A stretch of 64,000 nt of DNA. It comes from an uncultured Lentisphaerales bacterium. Lineage in GTDB: Bacteria > Verrucomicrobiota > Kiritimatiellia > RFP12 > JAAYLN01. A model generated the notes under the pieces. It made no database searches and had not been told where the DNA came from. It saw nothing but the letters and a program-made list of their open reading frames with translations. Shown piece after piece: positions 31,526 to 46,255 of this stretch; positions within the stretch are counted from its first letter, which is position 1, and each line of letters starts with the position of its first letter. Position numbers and translations under genes: made by a program. The stretch lies in the NCBI GenBank assembly GCA_964599645.1, contig CAZRGQ010000002.1, forward strand, positions 22,275 through 86,274, in the 5' to 3' direction.

Positions 31526-34500
31526 TCACCTGTCACCTTGGCTGCCGCAACAGCGCTTATATTTTTTACCGCTACCACAGGGGCAAGGGGCATTGCGCCC
31601 TACCTTGCTGTTTTGGAGGTCTTGTGTTGCCGGTGCAGCTCCGAAGCCGGGAGGCTGCCGGGGCTGGTAACCGTCATCAGCTCCGGTCTGGAGTTGTCGG
31701 TATGCCTTAAGGGAAGATTTAAAATCTTCGTCGAAATCATAGCGGTTATTACTCCTATGGTGGTTCTGCTTCACTTCGAACTCCTGAGGCACCTCATCAT
31801 CAAACCAACCGGCGCTATCATAATCGGCCGTAGCAACATCAGACCCGCTGCCGCTGTAGCTGTTTTTCCGCGCCGGCCGTGCAACGGAAGCGGTCTTGCG
31901 CTTCCAATTGCTGTCAAGCAGTTGACCCATTGTCTGGTAAGTATCTTTGCAGTGAACCCGGTTGCCATAGCGGCCAAGTATTCTCTCGCCGATACTTTCT
32001 GTTTTTTGCCAGGGTGTCAAAGCGCTACTCGCAGCCAACTCTCCAAGCGTCAGCACGCGTTTATCAATCAATCCCAAGCGTATCGCGGCCTGAAGCTCGA
32101 GGTTTAATTCGTTTGGGAAATGGGTAGCAGCAAAGGCAACTGCCTGATTGACGATAACCAGGTAGGGGCCCAAGTCGCTACTCTCCCGACAGCCGCGTTG
32201 AATGATCCGCCGCAAGAGCGTCAACATGATGGCGGGATTCAGGTTGCGATACCGGTAGAGCAGCTCCATCGCCCGCAGCATGGCAAAGGTGTGATAGGTG
32301 GCAACATCGCCACTGCTCTGGTATTTGATATCATTGAGAATCGGTTTTAGATTGCCATCGCAGACGGCAGAGATTGCCGGAGCGGTAAAATTCCACCACT
32401 CGCGATAGTTAAGCTGCCCGATAAATTTGGCCAGCACTCTGTGCGCCTCGACCATGAGGTTGTAGTGTCCGGTGGAGCACCATTCACCAAGCTGGGCGAT
32501 GGCATACAAGAGGCCAAACTCCTCATGCTCTCCAATCCGGCCGTGCTCTGTCACCCTCTTCAAAAAGGCGCCGAGCGTCCAGGCCGCCACTTCTGGCTCT
32601 TGCTGCATCCAGGCTATCTCGCCAAAGCGCCCTTCAAGGTGGTTGCCCAGAGCCGACATGGCGTCGGCATGGCGTTGCCGCTCGGCCTGCTTTGTTGGTT
32701 CAGTCGCCCGACCGATGGGAACGCTATCCGCAAGCTCCTGCAGTTTGACCACTTCAGGGAGCGGCTGCCCCTGATCGACAAATCCTGCCGCACCGGCCTC
32801 CTGTTCCTCCGGCTCCCCCGCCGGCATCAGACCGCTCGCCGCATTCAGGCGCTTTACAATGCGGTTGCGTTCCCGCTCCAGATAGTCGAGAAACCTATCC
32901 GGCCCCTCGCCGGCATACTCATTCTTGATCTCAGCCACATGCACCATCTGGTAGAGGTTGTGCCACTGGCCATCACGCTCCAGCTCGATCGCCGGGTTGG
33001 GCAGATAGTAGCCCCGGCTGATGCGCCAGAAGAGCTGGCGGTTGTAGCGTGCCTCGCGATCGACCTCGTTGCCCGCCAGAGTTGCCGAGATGGCGCTGCG
33101 TTTGCCATAGCGCTTCGGGATTACCGACTCGGGGAAGTCGACCAGTTCAGCCTCAAAATCGGCCGCGGTAAAGCCCGGTTTATACTCCACGCCATGAACT
33201 GAAGTGAGCTTCTGCACCAGGCGGGCAATCATCGAGTGGAAGAGGAAGAAGCCGAGTCGGTGGCGGTCAAGTTGCACCAACCGGTTGCCGACACGCAGGT
33301 TGGTGGCCGGGGGCACCAGCAGGGCGTAGAGTTGCGGCAGCGTGTTGCGGGCGTGGAGTACGTTTTGATAGGCCACCCGCAAGGCCAGATGTAGCGGCGT
33401 GCAGCCCCAGGAGTCCGTTGCAGTACGACTGGCACCGGCCGCTATCAGCTCGGCTACCAACCGCTCCTGACCGAGCTGCACCGCCATCATCAGTGGTGTC
33501 AAGTTGACCTGGTTACGGAAATCGACTCCGTGCCGCTCAATTTTACGCCACAGATCGCGGTGTCCCCGCTGATGGTAATCGATACCAAGGCGTCGCATGG
33601 CATCGTTGCGCGCCAGATTGATGCGTATCTTGTCGATTGCGGTTTCGTGATGCTTGAGTTCAAAAAAGAGGGTGTAGAGGCCGTAACAGATGGTATAGTC
33701 AGCCAGTGGGCGGAAGAGGTCGTTTTTGACAGGGTTTCTCTCTTGACGCCACTGTTCGAGGCGCTCGATGAGGTTGTCGGGGGTGATCACAACCCACGGC
33801 ACTGGCTCGAGCTGCAAGATTTTATCGGCAATCGCCTGCGACTGCTCCAGCTTTCCCTGCCGCTCCAGGCGCAACGCCTCGGCGCGCCACTCGTCGTCGC
33901 TCGAACGCTCCTCGACAAGCCCAGCCTGCCCCCGCTCCTGCAGCCTGAGCAGACGCAGCAAGGGGTGTTCCGTCTGGCGTTCCAGAATATAGACGTGCGC
34001 AATGGCGCGCGTCAGGGCCACGTAGAGGGCGTTGATGTAGAACTTGAAGGCGTCCAGCGAGCGGTCGCTCTTATCGCGTGCCCGCCCATATTTAAAGTCG
34101 TTTTCAAGGTCGGCTTCCGTTACGCCCGTCACGATCTGATTAAATTCGGCCGCCTGCCCTGAAACCAGCCCCGGCAGGATGATGTGTTCATACTCCAAGC
34201 CCTTGGCTTCACGTACGCTGAAGACCAGTGGTGTGGCAAAGCTCTGCCGGGCGGCCTCTTTATCCTCATCGCGCAACACGATAACGGCAAAGCGGGTGGA
34301 GCGCGATGTCTTCTGATCCAGCTCGCGTCTGGTGGCCGCTGTATCTGCCAGAAATGTGACCCCACCGGCCCGCTCACTGACCGGTTTGATCAGATAGTGG
34401 CTTTCACGGTCGATTGAGCCGAAACGCGCCTGTTTGATGCGCAACAACCGGTTGGCAACCTCGGTCACCTCGGGCGCATTGCGATAGTTGGCGTTTAAAA

Positions 34501-35650
34501 TCCGTACCAACTCGCCATGAGCGGCCGGCTGATAGTCGTGAAACCACGTCTTGACGCCAGCCCAGGAGAAGAAGTTGGGGTGGACGATCTGGTTGGAGTC
34601 GCCACACAGGACAAACTGCCCCGGCGTGCGCAAGGCCTGCAGCGCCAGACTCAACTGCACCGTGGTCATATCCTGCACTTCATCGGCGACGATGAAGTCG
34701 TAACGTGCCTGGCAACGTTTGTGATGGTCGTAGCAGACTAGATTGAGGTCATAACAGCCGCTCTGGGGCAGCCATGCCAGATAGCGGAGGAAGAGGTCGT
34801 AGATCAGCGGACGCTCATCAGCGGTAAAGATCGAGCGTCGCACCCCGAGCGAGAGGTACTCTTCGCGCGTCAGACAGGGGTTTTCAACGGCTGATCCGGT
34901 CAGGACACCGTTAAACTCCTCGTAGAGTTTGTGTGAATCGCGCTGTGCGCTACGTCCGCCAGAGCGGCGCAACCACTGTACAAAATCGGCAAACCCCAGC
35001 GGCCGCCCCGCTGGCACCGCAATTGATTCGACGAACTCCCGGAAGGAGAGAAAGTCGACCTCCTGGGCCTCGTTCTCATAGTTATGCGAAAAATAGATGG
35101 TGCGGGCATTATCGACCAGGTAGGGAGAGTGCGTCAGATAGAGCACCTCGCCCGGTAGCTGGCGCAACTTCTCAAGTGTCAGGACGGTTTTACCGCTGCC
35201 GGCGGCACCGATCAAAATCAGCGGTGGCGGCTGCTGCAATGCCTCTTGCTGGTCGTCATCAAACGAGATGATCTTGTCCAACAGATGGACGCGTTGCATC
35301 GCAGGGTTGAGATAGGCCAGCGGCACGACATCATCGGTAGTGAGCGGCTCAGCCTTTTCGAGTGAGACCAGACGATTCTCAGCCACGACAGCCCCGCGCA
35401 TAAAACGTGAGTTTTCGTAGTCGTGGTTGCGTATCACCTCGAGCAGGATCAGGGCGCGTTCACCACGACAGGCGCCGAAGCAGAAGAGCAGGCGATCGGC
35501 ATCAGAGAGCTTGGCACGGTAGAGATTGCCGGGCTGCATCTTTTTTACTTCGGCAGCTTTAAAATCACCTGCCGCAAGATATGCAACTGTACGCTCGAAA
35601 GGGCGCTTCAAACCTTGTGTATTGAGATCCTCGTACTGGAAAATTTGCAT
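31526..35650 (-). CDS. Multidomain fusion protein: N-terminal YoeB/RelE-like toxin domain, SF1A UvrD-like helicase core, ankyrin repeats, helical domain and C-terminal SEC-C zinc motif
   Basis: The track ORF begins at TTG 35686; the first ATG is 35650 (MQIFQYEDL…).
- The N-terminus (…NLYRAKLSDADRLLFCF…ERALILLEVIRNHDY) aligns with the YoeB/RelE C-terminus (…HRLVY…SLLIAACRYHY), including the catalytic-position H-x-Y.
- Helicase motifs are present: Q/I (QQEAL…LILIGAAGSGKT), II (ADEVQD), III (CGDSNQ), IV (NYRN), V (REAKGLEYEHIIL) and VI (YVALTRAIAHV).
- Ankyrin repeats are present: …NLTPLMMAVQLGQERLVAELIAAGA…GCTPLHLAL….
- The C-terminus reads …RNAPCPCGSGKKYKRCCGS, a SEC-C motif. Confidence 0.7.
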   Translation of the reverse strand: MQIFQYEDLNTQGLKRPFERTVAYLAAGDFKAAEVKKMQPGNLYRAKLSDADRLLFCFGACRGERALILLEVIRNHDYENSRFMRGAVVAENRLVSLEKAEPLTTDDVVPLAYLNPAMQRVHLLDKIISFDDDQQEALQQPPPLILIGAAGSGKTVLTLEKLRQLPGEVLYLTHSPYLVDNARTIYFSHNYENEAQEVDFLSFREFVESIAVPAGRPLGFADFVQWLRRSGGRSAQRDSHKLYEEFNGVLTGSAVENPCLTREEYLSLGVRRSIFTADERPLIYDLFLRYLAWLPQSGCYDLNLVCYDHHKRCQARYDFIVADEVQDMTTVQLSLALQALRTPGQFVLCGDSNQIVHPNFFSWAGVKTWFHDYQPAAHGELVRILNANYRNAPEVTEVANRLLRIKQARFGSIDRESHYLIKPVSERAGGVTFLADTAATRRELDQKTSRSTRFAVIVLRDEDKEAARQSFATPLVFSVREAKGLEYEHIILPGLVSGQAAEFNQIVTGVTEADLENDFKYGRARDKSDRSLDAFKFYINALYVALTRAIAHVYILERQTEHPLLRLLRLQERGQAGLVEERSSDDEWRAEALRLERQGKLEQSQAIADKILQLEPVPWVVITPDNLIERLEQWRQERNPVKNDLFRPLADYTICYGLYTLFFELKHHETAIDKIRINLARNDAMRRLGIDYHQRGHRDLWRKIERHGVDFRNQVNLTPLMMAVQLGQERLVAELIAAGASRTATDSWGCTPLHLALRVAYQNVLHARNTLPQLYALLVPPATNLRVGNRLVQLDRHRLGFFLFHSMIARLVQKLTSVHGVEYKPGFTAADFEAELVDFPESVIPKRYGKRSAISATLAGNEVDREARYNRQLFWRISRGYYLPNPAIELERDGQWHNLYQMVHVAEIKNEYAGEGPDRFLDYLERERNRIVKRLNAASGLMPAGEPEEQEAGAAGFVDQGQPLPEVVKLQELADSVPIGRATEPTKQAERQRHADAMSALGNHLEGRFGEIAWMQQEPEVAAWTLGAFLKRVTEHGRIGEHEEFGLLYAIAQLGEWCSTGHYNLMVEAHRVLAKFIGQLNYREWWNFTAPAISAVCDGNLKPILNDIKYQSSGDVATYHTFAMLRAMELLYRYRNLNPAIMLTLLRRIIQRGCRESSDLGPYLVIVNQAVAFAATHFPNELNLELQAAIRLGLIDKRVLTLGELAASSALTPWQKTESIGERILGRYGNRVHCKDTYQTMGQLLDSNWKRKTASVARPARKNSYSGSGSDVATADYDSAGWFDDEVPQEFEVKQNHHRSNNRYDFDEDFKSSLKAYRQLQTGADDGYQPRQPPGFGAAPATQDLQNSKVGRNAPCPCGSGKKYKRCCGSQGDR

Positions 35651-35700
35651 ATTTGCAAGCTTATCAATTGCAACCTGCGACAGCAACCACGTTTAACTCT

Positions 35701-35726
35701 TGCAAAGCTGCGAGAGATTTCTGCGG
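35701..35726. repeat. Reverse-orientation copy of the intergenic motif (CCGCAGAAATCTCTCGCAGCTTTGCA on the minus strand)
   Basis: It lies about 50 nt upstream of the helicase-fusion ATG, in the rpoC-helicase spacer. Confidence 0.45.
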
Positions 35727-35825
35727 AGGCCGCTTACTCATGCACTTTCTCCAGCTCTGGCGGCTAACCAGAGGTTCGCCCTCCAGTTAGCCCTGTCAAG
35801 CATCTGGTCTGATTTTGCCGCCGTG

Positions 35826-38800
35826 CTACTCGACTTCGATACCGAGGATATCCTGCGCCTTGCGCTGGGCAGCCTCGACATCGTCGCGCAGCTCTTCGGC
35901 ATCGATCGGCTCGGCGAGTGGCACCAGCTTGATGTGGCGGTGCATCGGGAAGCCGGTACCGCCGGGGATCAGGTGACCGAGGATCACATTCTCCTTGAAG
36001 CCGCGCAGCTCGTCGACGCGCCCCATCGTGGCGGCGTCGGTCAGGACACGGGTGGTATCCTGGAACGAGGCTGCCGAGATGAAGCTGTCAGTTTCGAGTG
36101 AAGCCTTGGTGATACCGAGCAGGGCGGGTTGCGCCTCGGCCGGGCGTTTGCCTTCGGCCATCATCTTGTTGTTCTCTTCGATGAACTGCTGACGTGAGAC
36201 CTGCTCACCCCAGAGGAAGTCGGTGTCACCGGGGTTGTTGATCTTGACCTTGCGCAACATCTGACGCACGATGATCTCGATATGTTTATCGTTGATCTCG
36301 ACGCCTTGTAGACGGTAGACCTGCTGCACTTCGCTTACGAGGTAGCGCTGCAGCTCCTGTGGTCCGCAGGCATCGAGAATCTCCTGCGGCACGATCGGCC
36401 CCTCAGTAAGCTGCTGCCCCTTGCGGACGCGGTCGCCCTTGAAGACAACGATATGCTTGCCCATCGGGATCAGATGCTCTTCGTAGGCGTTGGTGGTCTC
36501 GTCACGGATGATGAGGCAACGACGCCCGCGCTGGTTCTCGCCGAACTCGACGACACCCTCAATCTTGGCGATGTCGGCGGCATCCTTGGGGTGACGCGCT
36601 TCGAAGAGCTCGGCCACACGCGGCAGACCGCCGGTGATATCGCGGGTCTTCTCCTCCTTGCGGGGAGTCTTGGCCAGCAGGACACCGGGCGAGACGCTGT
36701 CGCCCTCCTTCACCATCACGTGGGCGCCGACGGGAATATGGTAGTAGCCGAGGACATCGCCGCTCTTGGCATCGGAGACGACGATCTGCGGGTGGAGCTG
36801 CTCGCGCGTCTCCATCACCACCAGCGTCTGCAGGCCGGTAAGGCTGTCGCGCTCGGTCTGCACCGTCTCATCCTCGACGAAGTCGTGGAAACTGACGATA
36901 CCGGTCTTCTCGGCCAGGACGGGCACGCTGTGCGGGTCCCAGTGGCCGACGAGCTGACCACCCTTGACGGCCTCGCCGTCGTTGATTATCAGCGAGGTGC
37001 CGATCTGGAGCGTGACGCGCTCGAGTTCGCGGCCGGTGGCATCGCGGATGACGATAGCGCCATTCTTGTTGAGCACGATGTTGTGGCCGTTATCGTCGCG
37101 CACGACACGCAGATCGTCTTCGTAGAAGATATGACCGGCATGACGTGTAACGATCTCAGGTGTAGCAACCACCGCCTGCGCCGTACCACCGACGTGGAAG
37201 GTACGCATCGTAAGCTGGGTGCCGGGCTCACCGATCGACTGGGCGGCGACGATGCCGACGGCCGTGCCGATCTCGACGAGCTGACCGGTAGAGAGGTCGC
37301 GGCCGTAGCAACGGGCGCACATGCCGTGGCGGGCATCGCAGGTGAGTCCGCTGCGAATCCAGACACGGTCGATCTGGGCGGCATCGATGCGGTCGCAGGC
37401 AGCCTCGTCGATCTCCTCATCGGCGGCGAGAATGATCTCGTTGGTGAGGGGGTGGATGATATCGTGCAGTGAGGTGCGGCCGAGGATGCGCTGGCGCAGT
37501 GGGAGGTTGCCCTCGCCCTCGGTGCTGGTACTGATCTCAATACCGTTGACGGTATTGCAGTCCTGCATGACGATATTGACGTCCTGAGCGACATCGACCA
37601 GCTTGCGCGTGAGGTAGCCGGCATCGGCCGTCTTGAGCGCCGTATCGGCCAATCCCTTACGGGCGCCATGCGAGGAGATGAAGTATTCGAGTACGCTCAG
37701 GCCTTCGCGGAAGCTGGCGGTAATCGGGTTTTCGATAATCTCGCCCGACGGCTTGGCCATCAGGCCGCGCATACCGGCGAGCTGCCGGATCTGAGCCTTG
37801 GAGCCACGCGCCTTGGAGTCGACCATCATGAACATCGGATTGATCTCGGTCGGGTTGGGCGTCAGTTCGGTCTTGTTACGATCGATGGCACGGTAGAGGT
37901 CGTCGCTGATCTTCTCGTGCGTGGCGGTCCAGACGTCGACCACCTTGTTGTGGTGTTCGCCCTCGGTGATGACACCGGCCTGGAGCTGCTGCTCAACCTT
38001 ACGCACCTCCTGGCGCGCCTTCTCGATCAGTTCGTCCTTGGTTTCGGGACGGATCATATCCTTGAGACCCATCGAGACGCCGGCGAGGCAGGCATGTTCA
38101 AAGCCCATCTTCTTCAGATCGTCAAGCACAGTGACGGTACGGTTGTGGCCGGCTACCTGGTGGCACTGGAGGATGAGGTCGCCGAGTTTGTTCTTGTCGA
38201 CCTTCTCATTGACAAAGCCGAGCTCCCCGGGCCAGATCTCGTTGAAGATGACGCGCCCAACGGTGGTTTCGAGCAGCTTGAGCTCGCGGTTGCCGACAAT
38301 CGTATCGCGGTTGTAGTCGGGATTGCGGAAGCGGATGCGCGAGTGGATCGCGACGTGGCCTTCGGCGTGCGCCAACAGTACCTCATCAGTGGTGCCGAAG
38401 AACGGCAGGCGTTCGTCGGCGCCGAAGGGGTGACGCCCGGCGACGCGGCTGTTGAGTTTGTCCTGCTGTCCGGCGGCGGTGAGGTAGTAGATACCGAGGG
38501 CGATATCCTGCGTCGGAGCCATGATCGAGCGCCCGGAGGCGGGCGAGAAGATCGAGTTGCTGGCCAGCATCAGGAGGCGGCTCTCGATCTGCGCTTCGAC
38601 CGAAAGAGGAACGTGAACGGCCATCTGGTCGCCGTCGAAGTCGGCATTGAAGGCGGTACAGACCATCGGATGAATCTGAATCGCTTCGCCCTCGATCAGG
38701 ACCGGCTCGAAGCTCTGCATCGAGAGGCGGTGGAGTGTGGGGGCGCGGTTGAGCATCACCGTTTTGCCCTTGATCACCTCTTCGAGAGCCGCCCAGACCT

Positions 38801-40022
38801 GGTCGTCGTGACGCTCGATCAGGCGGCGGGCGCTGCGCACCGTGTGGCAGATGCCGAGGTGTTTGAGGCGGCGGATGATGAAGGGCTCAAAGAGGGTCAG
38901 CGCCATCTTCTTGGGCAGTCCGCACTGGTGGAGTTTCAGTTCGGGACCGACGACGATGACGGAGCGGCCGGAGTAGTCGACACGCTTGCCGAGGAGGTTC
39001 TGGCGGAAGCGGCCGGTCTTGCCCTTGAGCATATCGCTGAGCGACTTGAGGGGGCGGTTACCGGTGCCGGAGACGGCGCGTCCGTGGCGTCCGTTATCGA
39101 AGACGGCATCGACCGCCTCCTGCAACATGCGCTTCTCGTTGCGAATGATCACATCGGGCGTCTTGAGCTGCAACAGGTTCTTGAGCCGGTTGTTGCGGTT
39201 GATCACGCGACGGTAGAGATCGTTGAGATCGGAGGTGGCAAAGCGACCGCCCTCGAGCGGCACGAGGGGGCGGAGCTCGGGCGGGATGATCGGCAGCACG
39301 TCGAGTATCATCCACTCAGGCTTGGCGCCGCTGGTGCGGAAACCTTCACACGCCTTCATGCGTTTGGTGATCTTTTTGCGCGTCTGCTTGCTCTTGGTGT
39401 TTTCGATCTGCTCTTCCAGCTCGATCATCATCTGGTCGAGATCGATCTTGGAGAGGCAACGGCGGATGGCATCGGCGCCCATCATCGCCTCGAAGTTTTC
39501 GCCATACTTCTCGACAGCCTCGGCATACTCGGCTTCGGGCAACAACTGGAGGTATTCGAGCGGCGTATCGCCGGGGTCGACGACGAGGCGATCCTCGTAG
39601 TAGAGGATGCGCTCGAGCTGTGTGGCGGTGAGGTCGAGCATCAGCCCGATGCGGCTCGGGGTACACTTGAAGAACCAGATGTGCGAGACCGGCACGGCCA
39701 GCTCGATGTGTCCCATGCGTTCACGACGCACGCGCGAGACGGTCACCTCGACGCCGCAGCGGTCGCAGACGACGCCCTTGTGCTTGATGCGCTTATACTT
39801 GCCGCAGGCGCACTCCCAGTCGCGTGTCGGCCCGAAGATACGCTCACAGAAGAGCCCGTCGCGCTCGGGGCGATAGGTACGATAGTTGATCGTCTCGGGG
39901 TTGCGCACCTCGCCGTGGCTCCAGGAACGCATCGTTTCGGGTGAGGCCAGTGTGATGCTGACGGCATCATAGCTGTCGCCTTCAAAAGCCCCTGAAACAT
40001 CTTTGGCTACATAAGGATTCAC
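35826..40022 (-). CDS. rpoC: DNA-directed RNA polymerase subunit beta'
   Basis: The 1398-aa product has the NADFDGD catalytic motif, a zinc-binding CxxC N-terminus, and overall RpoC layout. Confidence 0.95.
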   Translation of the reverse strand: MNPYVAKDVSGAFEGDSYDAVSITLASPETMRSWSHGEVRNPETINYRTYRPERDGLFCERIFGPTRDWECACGKYKRIKHKGVVCDRCGVEVTVSRVRRERMGHIELAVPVSHIWFFKCTPSRIGLMLDLTATQLERILYYEDRLVVDPGDTPLEYLQLLPEAEYAEAVEKYGENFEAMMGADAIRRCLSKIDLDQMMIELEEQIENTKSKQTRKKITKRMKACEGFRTSGAKPEWMILDVLPIIPPELRPLVPLEGGRFATSDLNDLYRRVINRNNRLKNLLQLKTPDVIIRNEKRMLQEAVDAVFDNGRHGRAVSGTGNRPLKSLSDMLKGKTGRFRQNLLGKRVDYSGRSVIVVGPELKLHQCGLPKKMALTLFEPFIIRRLKHLGICHTVRSARRLIERHDDQVWAALEEVIKGKTVMLNRAPTLHRLSMQSFEPVLIEGEAIQIHPMVCTAFNADFDGDQMAVHVPLSVEAQIESRLLMLASNSIFSPASGRSIMAPTQDIALGIYYLTAAGQQDKLNSRVAGRHPFGADERLPFFGTTDEVLLAHAEGHVAIHSRIRFRNPDYNRDTIVGNRELKLLETTVGRVIFNEIWPGELGFVNEKVDKNKLGDLILQCHQVAGHNRTVTVLDDLKKMGFEHACLAGVSMGLKDMIRPETKDELIEKARQEVRKVEQQLQAGVITEGEHHNKVVDVWTATHEKISDDLYRAIDRNKTELTPNPTEINPMFMMVDSKARGSKAQIRQLAGMRGLMAKPSGEIIENPITASFREGLSVLEYFISSHGARKGLADTALKTADAGYLTRKLVDVAQDVNIVMQDCNTVNGIEISTSTEGEGNLPLRQRILGRTSLHDIIHPLTNEIILAADEEIDEAACDRIDAAQIDRVWIRSGLTCDARHGMCARCYGRDLSTGQLVEIGTAVGIVAAQSIGEPGTQLTMRTFHVGGTAQAVVATPEIVTRHAGHIFYEDDLRVVRDDNGHNIVLNKNGAIVIRDATGRELERVTLQIGTSLIINDGEAVKGGQLVGHWDPHSVPVLAEKTGIVSFHDFVEDETVQTERDSLTGLQTLVVMETREQLHPQIVVSDAKSGDVLGYYHIPVGAHVMVKEGDSVSPGVLLAKTPRKEEKTRDITGGLPRVAELFEARHPKDAADIAKIEGVVEFGENQRGRRCLIIRDETTNAYEEHLIPMGKHIVVFKGDRVRKGQQLTEGPIVPQEILDACGPQELQRYLVSEVQQVYRLQGVEINDKHIEIIVRQMLRKVKINNPGDTDFLWGEQVSRQQFIEENNKMMAEGKRPAEAQPALLGITKASLETDSFISAASFQDTTRVLTDAATMGRVDELRGFKENVILGHLIPGGTGFPMHRHIKLVPLAEPIDAEELRDDVEAAQRKAQDILGIEVE

Positions 40023-40044
40023 TCTTCGTCTCCTGCTTGGCGGC

Positions 40045-43977
<3,933 letters not shown>

Positions 43978-44086
43978 CGGTTACCTCGGAGGCAGGAGGT
44001 GAAAAAAAGACGACGCATAAAAGCAGGCAAGCAGCCGCCCCGCGTCGGAAGGGCGGCCGCTCGTGTTGTGAGAATCTTGTGCCGGG

Positions 44087-44452
44087 TTACTTAACTTCAA
44101 CCTTGGCACCGGCCTTCTCAACCTGCTCCTTGATAGTGGCCGCTTCTTCCTTCGTGACACCGCTCTTGATCGGCTTCGGTGCTGCGTCTACCAGGTCCTT
44201 GGCATCCTTGAGGCCAAGACCGGTAATCGTGCGCACTTCCTTAATGACTGCGATCTTGTTGGGGCCGACTTCGGCCAGGATCACGTCAAACTCGGTCTGC
44301 TCTTCTGCCGGTGCGGCAGCATCGGCGGCCGGTGCGGCAGCCATCGCCACCGGTGCGGCGGCCGAGACGCCGAGGGCCTCTTCCAGCGCCTTGACGAGTT
44401 TCGAGAGTTCCAGTACCGTCAGGGTACCGATCCAATCGATAAACTCAGCCAT
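44087..44452 (-). CDS. rplL: 50S ribosomal protein L7/L12
   Basis: The product reads [34 protein letters not shown]…(Ala/Pro hinge)…[19 protein letters not shown]…. The start was moved to this Met inside the track ORF. Confidence 0.9.
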   Translation of the reverse strand: MAEFIDWIGTLTVLELSKLVKALEEALGVSAAAPVAMAAAPAADAAAPAEEQTEFDVILAEVGPNKIAVIKEVRTITGLGLKDAKDLVDAAPKPIKSGVTKEEAATIKEQVEKAGAKVEVK

Positions 44453-44537
44453 CTTGCCACTAACTTCAACTTTTGCTTCGTCGTTCATGCTTATTCCTCT
44501 CTGTTCGCTCTGCGATCAGTTAATAATGCGCGGCTGC

Positions 44538-45062
44538 TCAAGCAGCCTCGCTCTTCTTCGTCTCAACTGCCTTCAGGACATACAGCAGAGAGAGCAGTTT
44601 CTGGCTGAAGACTCCAACCAGTTGCGACATGGGCGCCGCCACTGTGCCCACAAAGATGCCAAGCATGACATCCCGTGGTGGCAATGTGGCTAGTGCGTCG
44701 ACGTCCGCCGCCTGCAATACCCTGCCGTCGAGGCAACCGCCCTTGACTGCAGCCTTGTTGTGCGCCTTGACGAAGCCCGTCAGCACCTTGGCCAGCTCGG
44801 AGGGATCCCCCTTGCCGGAAACCATGGCTGTCGGCCCCGTCAGCAGCGCCGAAAGATCTTCCCAACCCAAATCCCTGGCAGCCTTGCCAAGCATTGTGTT
44901 TTTGGCCACCAGTGCGCGTGCTCCCAGCGGATGCAGCGCCTGGCGCAACTTGTACATCTCCTCCACGGTCAAGCCGCTGTAGCCCAGCAGAAAGAGGCTA
45001 TCGGCCTCCTGCAGGCGCTCGGAGATTTCGCGCATAATTGCAATTTTTTCGGGTCTCATCAC
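44538..45062 (-). CDS. rplJ: 50S ribosomal protein L10
   Basis: The 174-aa product precedes rplL in the conserved order. Confidence 0.9.
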   Translation of the reverse strand: MMRPEKIAIMREISERLQEADSLFLLGYSGLTVEEMYKLRQALHPLGARALVAKNTMLGKAARDLGWEDLSALLTGPTAMVSGKGDPSELAKVLTGFVKAHNKAAVKGGCLDGRVLQAADVDALATLPPRDVMLGIFVGTVAAPMSQLVGVFSQKLLSLLYVLKAVETKKSEAA

Positions 45063-45071
45063 TCGCTCCCG

Positions 45072-45761
45072 TTACTCTTTGGTGGGCAGGGCCACCGGAA
45101 TGCCCACACCCATGGTAGAACTGATGGTACATGTGCGGATAAAGTTGCCTTTGGCCGCCGCCGGACGCTCGGCATTGAGCGCCTTGACAATTGCCAGCAT
45201 ATTCTCCAGCAACTTTTCGGCCTCAAAGCTCCGCTTGCCGGCCCGCACGCTGACATTGCCGGTACGGTCCATACGAAACTCGACACGCCCGCCCTTGGCG
45301 GCCACGACGGCCGGGGCGACATCGTCGGTGACTGTGCCGGTTTTGGGGTTGGGCATCAGGCCGCGCGGACCGAGCACCCGTCCCAGCTTGCGCACTTCAC
45401 GCATCGCATCGGTGGTGGCAATCGCGACGTCAAACTCCGTCCAGCCACCCTTGACCTTCTCCAGCAGGTCGTCAAAACCGGCCTCGTCGGCCCCCGCCTC
45501 GCGGGCGGCATCGGCCTGGGCGCCGGCGGCAAAGACGATCACCCGCACCGTCCGGCCGGTGCCGTGGGGCAGGTCGACCGTGCCACGCACCGCCTGGTCC
45601 GACTTGGTGGGATCGGCCCCCAGGCGCATGGCAATCTCGACTGTCTCATCGAAGTTGGCACCGGGGTTCTCCTTGACAAAGGCGATCGCCTCTTGCAGGC
45701 TGACCGCAGTCTTCGGCGCCTTCTTGGCGATATCGCGATATCTCTTGCCGTGCTTGGCCAT
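45072..45761 (-). CDS. rplA: 50S ribosomal protein L1
   Basis: The product reads MAKHGKRYRDIAKKAPK… and has L1 features. Confidence 0.9.
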   Translation of the reverse strand: MAKHGKRYRDIAKKAPKTAVSLQEAIAFVKENPGANFDETVEIAMRLGADPTKSDQAVRGTVDLPHGTGRTVRVIVFAAGAQADAAREAGADEAGFDDLLEKVKGGWTEFDVAIATTDAMREVRKLGRVLGPRGLMPNPKTGTVTDDVAPAVVAAKGGRVEFRMDRTGNVSVRAGKRSFEAEKLLENMLAIVKALNAERPAAAKGNFIRTCTISSTMGVGIPVALPTKE

Positions 45762-45764
45762 GGC

Positions 45765-46196
45765 TCAGGCCCTCCCCGTTACTTCGATGCCCATGCTGCG
45801 CGCCGTGCCTTCGATCAGGCGGATCGCCTGCGCCTCGTCGGTGGCGTTGAGATCGGCCTGCTTCAGCTTGACAATCTCACGAATCTGGTCGCGTGTCACC
45901 TTGCCAACCTTGTCGCGATTGGGGACACCCGAGCCTTTGGCCAGACCGGCGGCCTTCTTGAGCAGCACGGCTGCCGGCGGACTCTTCAAAATAAATGTAA
46001 AGCTGCGGTCGGCGTAGACTGTGATCACCACCGGGATGATCAACCCTGCCTTGTCAGCCGTACGGGCGTTGAAATCTTTGCAGAACTGCATGATATTCAC
46101 GCCCTGTGCACCGAGTGCCGGACCAATCGGCGGTGCCGGATTGGCGGCCCCCGCCGGCACCTGCAGCCGGATAATTCCTGTTACTTTCTTAGCCAT
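45765..46196 (-). CDS. rplK: 50S ribosomal protein L11
   Basis: The product reads [61 protein letters not shown]…. Confidence 0.9.
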   Translation of the reverse strand: MAKKVTGIIRLQVPAGAANPAPPIGPALGAQGVNIMQFCKDFNARTADKAGLIIPVVITVYADRSFTFILKSPPAAVLLKKAAGLAKGSGVPNRDKVGKVTRDQIREIVKLKQADLNATDEAQAIRLIEGTARSMGIEVTGRA

Positions 46197-46255
46197 CTTT
46201 GCTCCGTCGTTATGCGACTCTCCCGGGTCCCAACCGGTGAGAACGAGTCAGCTTT

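Noticed and set aside
37668-39944. 758-aa plus-strand ORF, and similar long plus-strand ORFs at 40762..43245 and 36453..37472
   Set aside because: They are antisense to rpoC and rpoB. They have no recognisable motifs and GC-artefact composition.
43978-44086. rplL-rpoB attenuator hairpin
   Set aside because: A GC-rich imperfect stem (CGGCCGCCC…GGGGCGGCTG) is present, but there is no clean U-tract. It is plausible by analogy to E. coli but not supportable from sequence alone.
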